64,000 nucleotides of DNA, from positions 895 to 64,894 of the forward strand of contig CBFHHA010000009.1 of the NCBI GenBank assembly GCA_965655625.1, read 5' to 3'. The notes under the pieces were generated by a model. The model saw only the letters and a program-made list of their open reading frames with translations. It searched no databases and was not told the origin of the DNA. This document shows, piece after piece, positions 62,553 through 64,000 of this stretch (positions are counted from its first letter, which is position 1; every line of letters begins with the position of its first letter). The position numbers and the translations under genes are program-made. The stretch comes from Flavobacteriales bacterium (GTDB taxonomy: Bacteria; Bacteroidota; Bacteroidia; Flavobacteriales_D; CAJJDF01).

Positions 62553-64000
62553 TCATCTCAGTAAATTAACATGGCCGAATATCTCTTTAGGACCATCCAA
62601 AGTATAATTTATTACTATCCGATATACATACGTATCGTTTTTACATAATTCTCCCTTTTTATTTGTTCCATCCCACCCATATTTATAATCATTTGATTCA
62701 AATATAATCTCACCCCATCTATTAAAAATCAATAATTCATATTCTTCAGGTGTTGTTAAAACAGGAAGGAAAATTTCATTTCGTCCATCTCCATTTGGTG
62801 TAAATACATTAGGAACAAAGAGGTCTGACTTTACAAATACTATCCCAACGACAGAATCTTTGCAACCTAAATGATTCATCACGGTTAAAGAAGGATAGAA
62901 ATATCCATCTTCTGAATAATTATGGTTTATCACTGAAAAAGGAGAAATAATTCGACCATCACCCGAATAAAAAGTTGAAGATGTGTAATTTTTCGAATTA
63001 TCGGTAAAAAATACTTCAGAATCATATCCTGGCACAACTATTTTTAAAGGTGAAAAACTGGCAATAGGACTTGGTAATACAGTTATAAAAGAGGGAATTG
63101 TTAGGGTGTCTGCACAATTATTATCAGAAGCAATTAACCGAATCGTATAAACGCCAGGCGAATTATACACATGATTCGGAGATTTTTGAGTTGAAGTATT
63201 TCCATCGCCAAAATCCCATTGAAAATTGAAAGACGGATCTGTAGAACTTGAGAACTGTACGGGGATTTCATCTCCAAAGCACACCGTATCTACATTGGTT
63301 GTAAAAATTGGATTAATCTCTTTATAGACTCGGAAGGTTGCATCAAAAGTAGTGTCACAACCAAAATCTCGGTATCTCAAAACGACATTCTTGAGTCCTG
63401 ATTGAAAATAAGAAATCCCCGTTTCTGAAATTGATGTAGAAGTTTGTTTTGAAGAGTTTGAACCAAAATCCCAATCTATGCGAGTAGTAGAAAAGTGATT
63501 CCCTGCCGCTGTGAAATCGAATGAGTTGTTTTTAAAACATTGGTTATCAGGCACATAGAAAAAAGGCGATAAGACTGGGTTGATTGTTAGTGGTTGGAAA
63601 GTAGAATCTGCACAATTCCCTTCTCCCTTTGTTATGAGTGTTACACGGTACACTCCTGGATTTAAATACGTGTAGAATGGTGATGTGAAATTGGATGTGT
63701 CATTTTGGATGGGAATCACTCCAAAATCCCAATGATAGGTGGTCGCATTGATACTACCACTAAGAAATTCGGCTTCGTTACTTGAACACTCAGTTTTTAT
63801 TGTATCTATGATTGAAGTGATTTCTTTGTACACCCTGATTGTATCTGAATAAGTTGTGTCACAGCCAAATTCTCTATAACGAATTGACACTGTTTTAAGT
63901 CCACTTGCTGAGTAGGTCACTCCTTGCTGAACAGTATCCATTGAGCTAGTTGGTAAAGCATTATTACCAAAACTCCAATTTATTTGGGTAGTTGGGGTGA
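62553..64000 (-). CDS. Multi-PKD-repeat protein with T9SS type-B CTD; 5' end lies outside the window
   Basis: The frame stays open to base 64000 (upstream residues TPTTQINWSFGNNALPTSS continue the repeat pattern). There are repeated WDFG...Y...V.L modules. The C-terminus is VPNVFTPNGDGRNEIFLP...WDGTNKKGELCKNDTYVY. Confidence 0.8.
   Translation of the reverse strand, partial: TPTTQINWSFGNNALPTSSMDTVQQGVTYSASGLKTVSIRYREFGCDTTYSDTIRVYKEITSIIDTIKTECSSNEAEFLSGSINATTYHWDFGVIPIQNDTSNFTSPFYTYLNPGVYRVTLITKGEGNCADSTFQPLTINPVLSPFFYVPDNQCFKNNSFDFTAAGNHFSTTRIDWDFGSNSSKQTSTSISETGISYFQSGLKNVVLRYRDFGCDTTFDATFRVYKEINPIFTTNVDTVCFGDEIPVQFSSSTDPSFNFQWDFGDGNTSTQKSPNHVYNSPGVYTIRLIASDNNCADTLTIPSFITVLPSPIASFSPLKIVVPGYDSEVFFTDNSKNYTSSTFYSGDGRIISPFSVINHNYSEDGYFYPSLTVMNHLGCKDSVVGIVFVKSDLFVPNVFTPNGDGRNEIFLPVLTTPEEYELLIFNRWGEIIFESNDYKYGWDGTNKKGELCKNDTYVYRIVINYTLDGPKEIFGHVNLLR

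Noticed and set aside
1-64000. tRNA, rRNA, tmRNA, RNase P RNA or riboswitch candidates in intergenic regions
   Set aside because: I scanned all spacers longer than 60 nt by eye. None has a GC-rich cloverleaf-like arrangement, a GTTCRANYC T-loop in context, or a riboswitch core that I recognise. This is a visual check only, not a covariance-model scan.

Overview
This is an AT-rich, densely coding chromosomal segment (GC looks like the mid-30s %, judged by eye, not computed). It appears to be core genome of a Bacteroidota, probably Flavobacteriia, bacterium. The evidence is T9SS type-A and type-B C-terminal sorting domains, TAnnTTTG -7 promoter boxes and many MKK-type signal peptides. A Crocinitomicaceae/Cryomorphaceae-like organism is only a guess.

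I support about 53 protein genes, mostly housekeeping:
- Metabolism and translation: menF, anmK, acyl-CoA dehydrogenase, LOG, maeB-ppa, rnz, tag, folD, ffh, argS, murB, surE, maf, ndk, lhgO, rlmH, ettA, M1 and M3 peptidases, pirin, asd.
- Envelope: amidase, MlaD, LptD-like protein, OmpA-family protein.
- Five large secreted adhesin-like T9SS cargo genes.

I saw no rRNA, tRNA, CRISPR array, integrase, transposase, prophage or recognisable defence or toxin-antitoxin genes. I could not identify a convincing new multi-gene system, and the window looks largely ordinary.

The items most worth a second look are:
1. A REP-like intergenic hairpin family with five copies. Its stems differ between copies by compensatory substitutions. 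It includes a 99-bp palindromic composite and a pair bracketing a thioesterase gene.
2. Three disrupted genes: MarC with an in-frame TGA, a ClbS/DfsB gene with two frameshifts (one at a G8 tract), and a lamin-tail-domain adhesin with an in-frame TAA.
3. An uncharacterised membrane HdrD/DsrMK-like Fe-S gene pair with a HAD-type gene wedged between its halves.
4. An LptD-like gene whose signal peptide lies upstream of any canonical start codon.

All family names come from motif recognition by eye. No searches were run.
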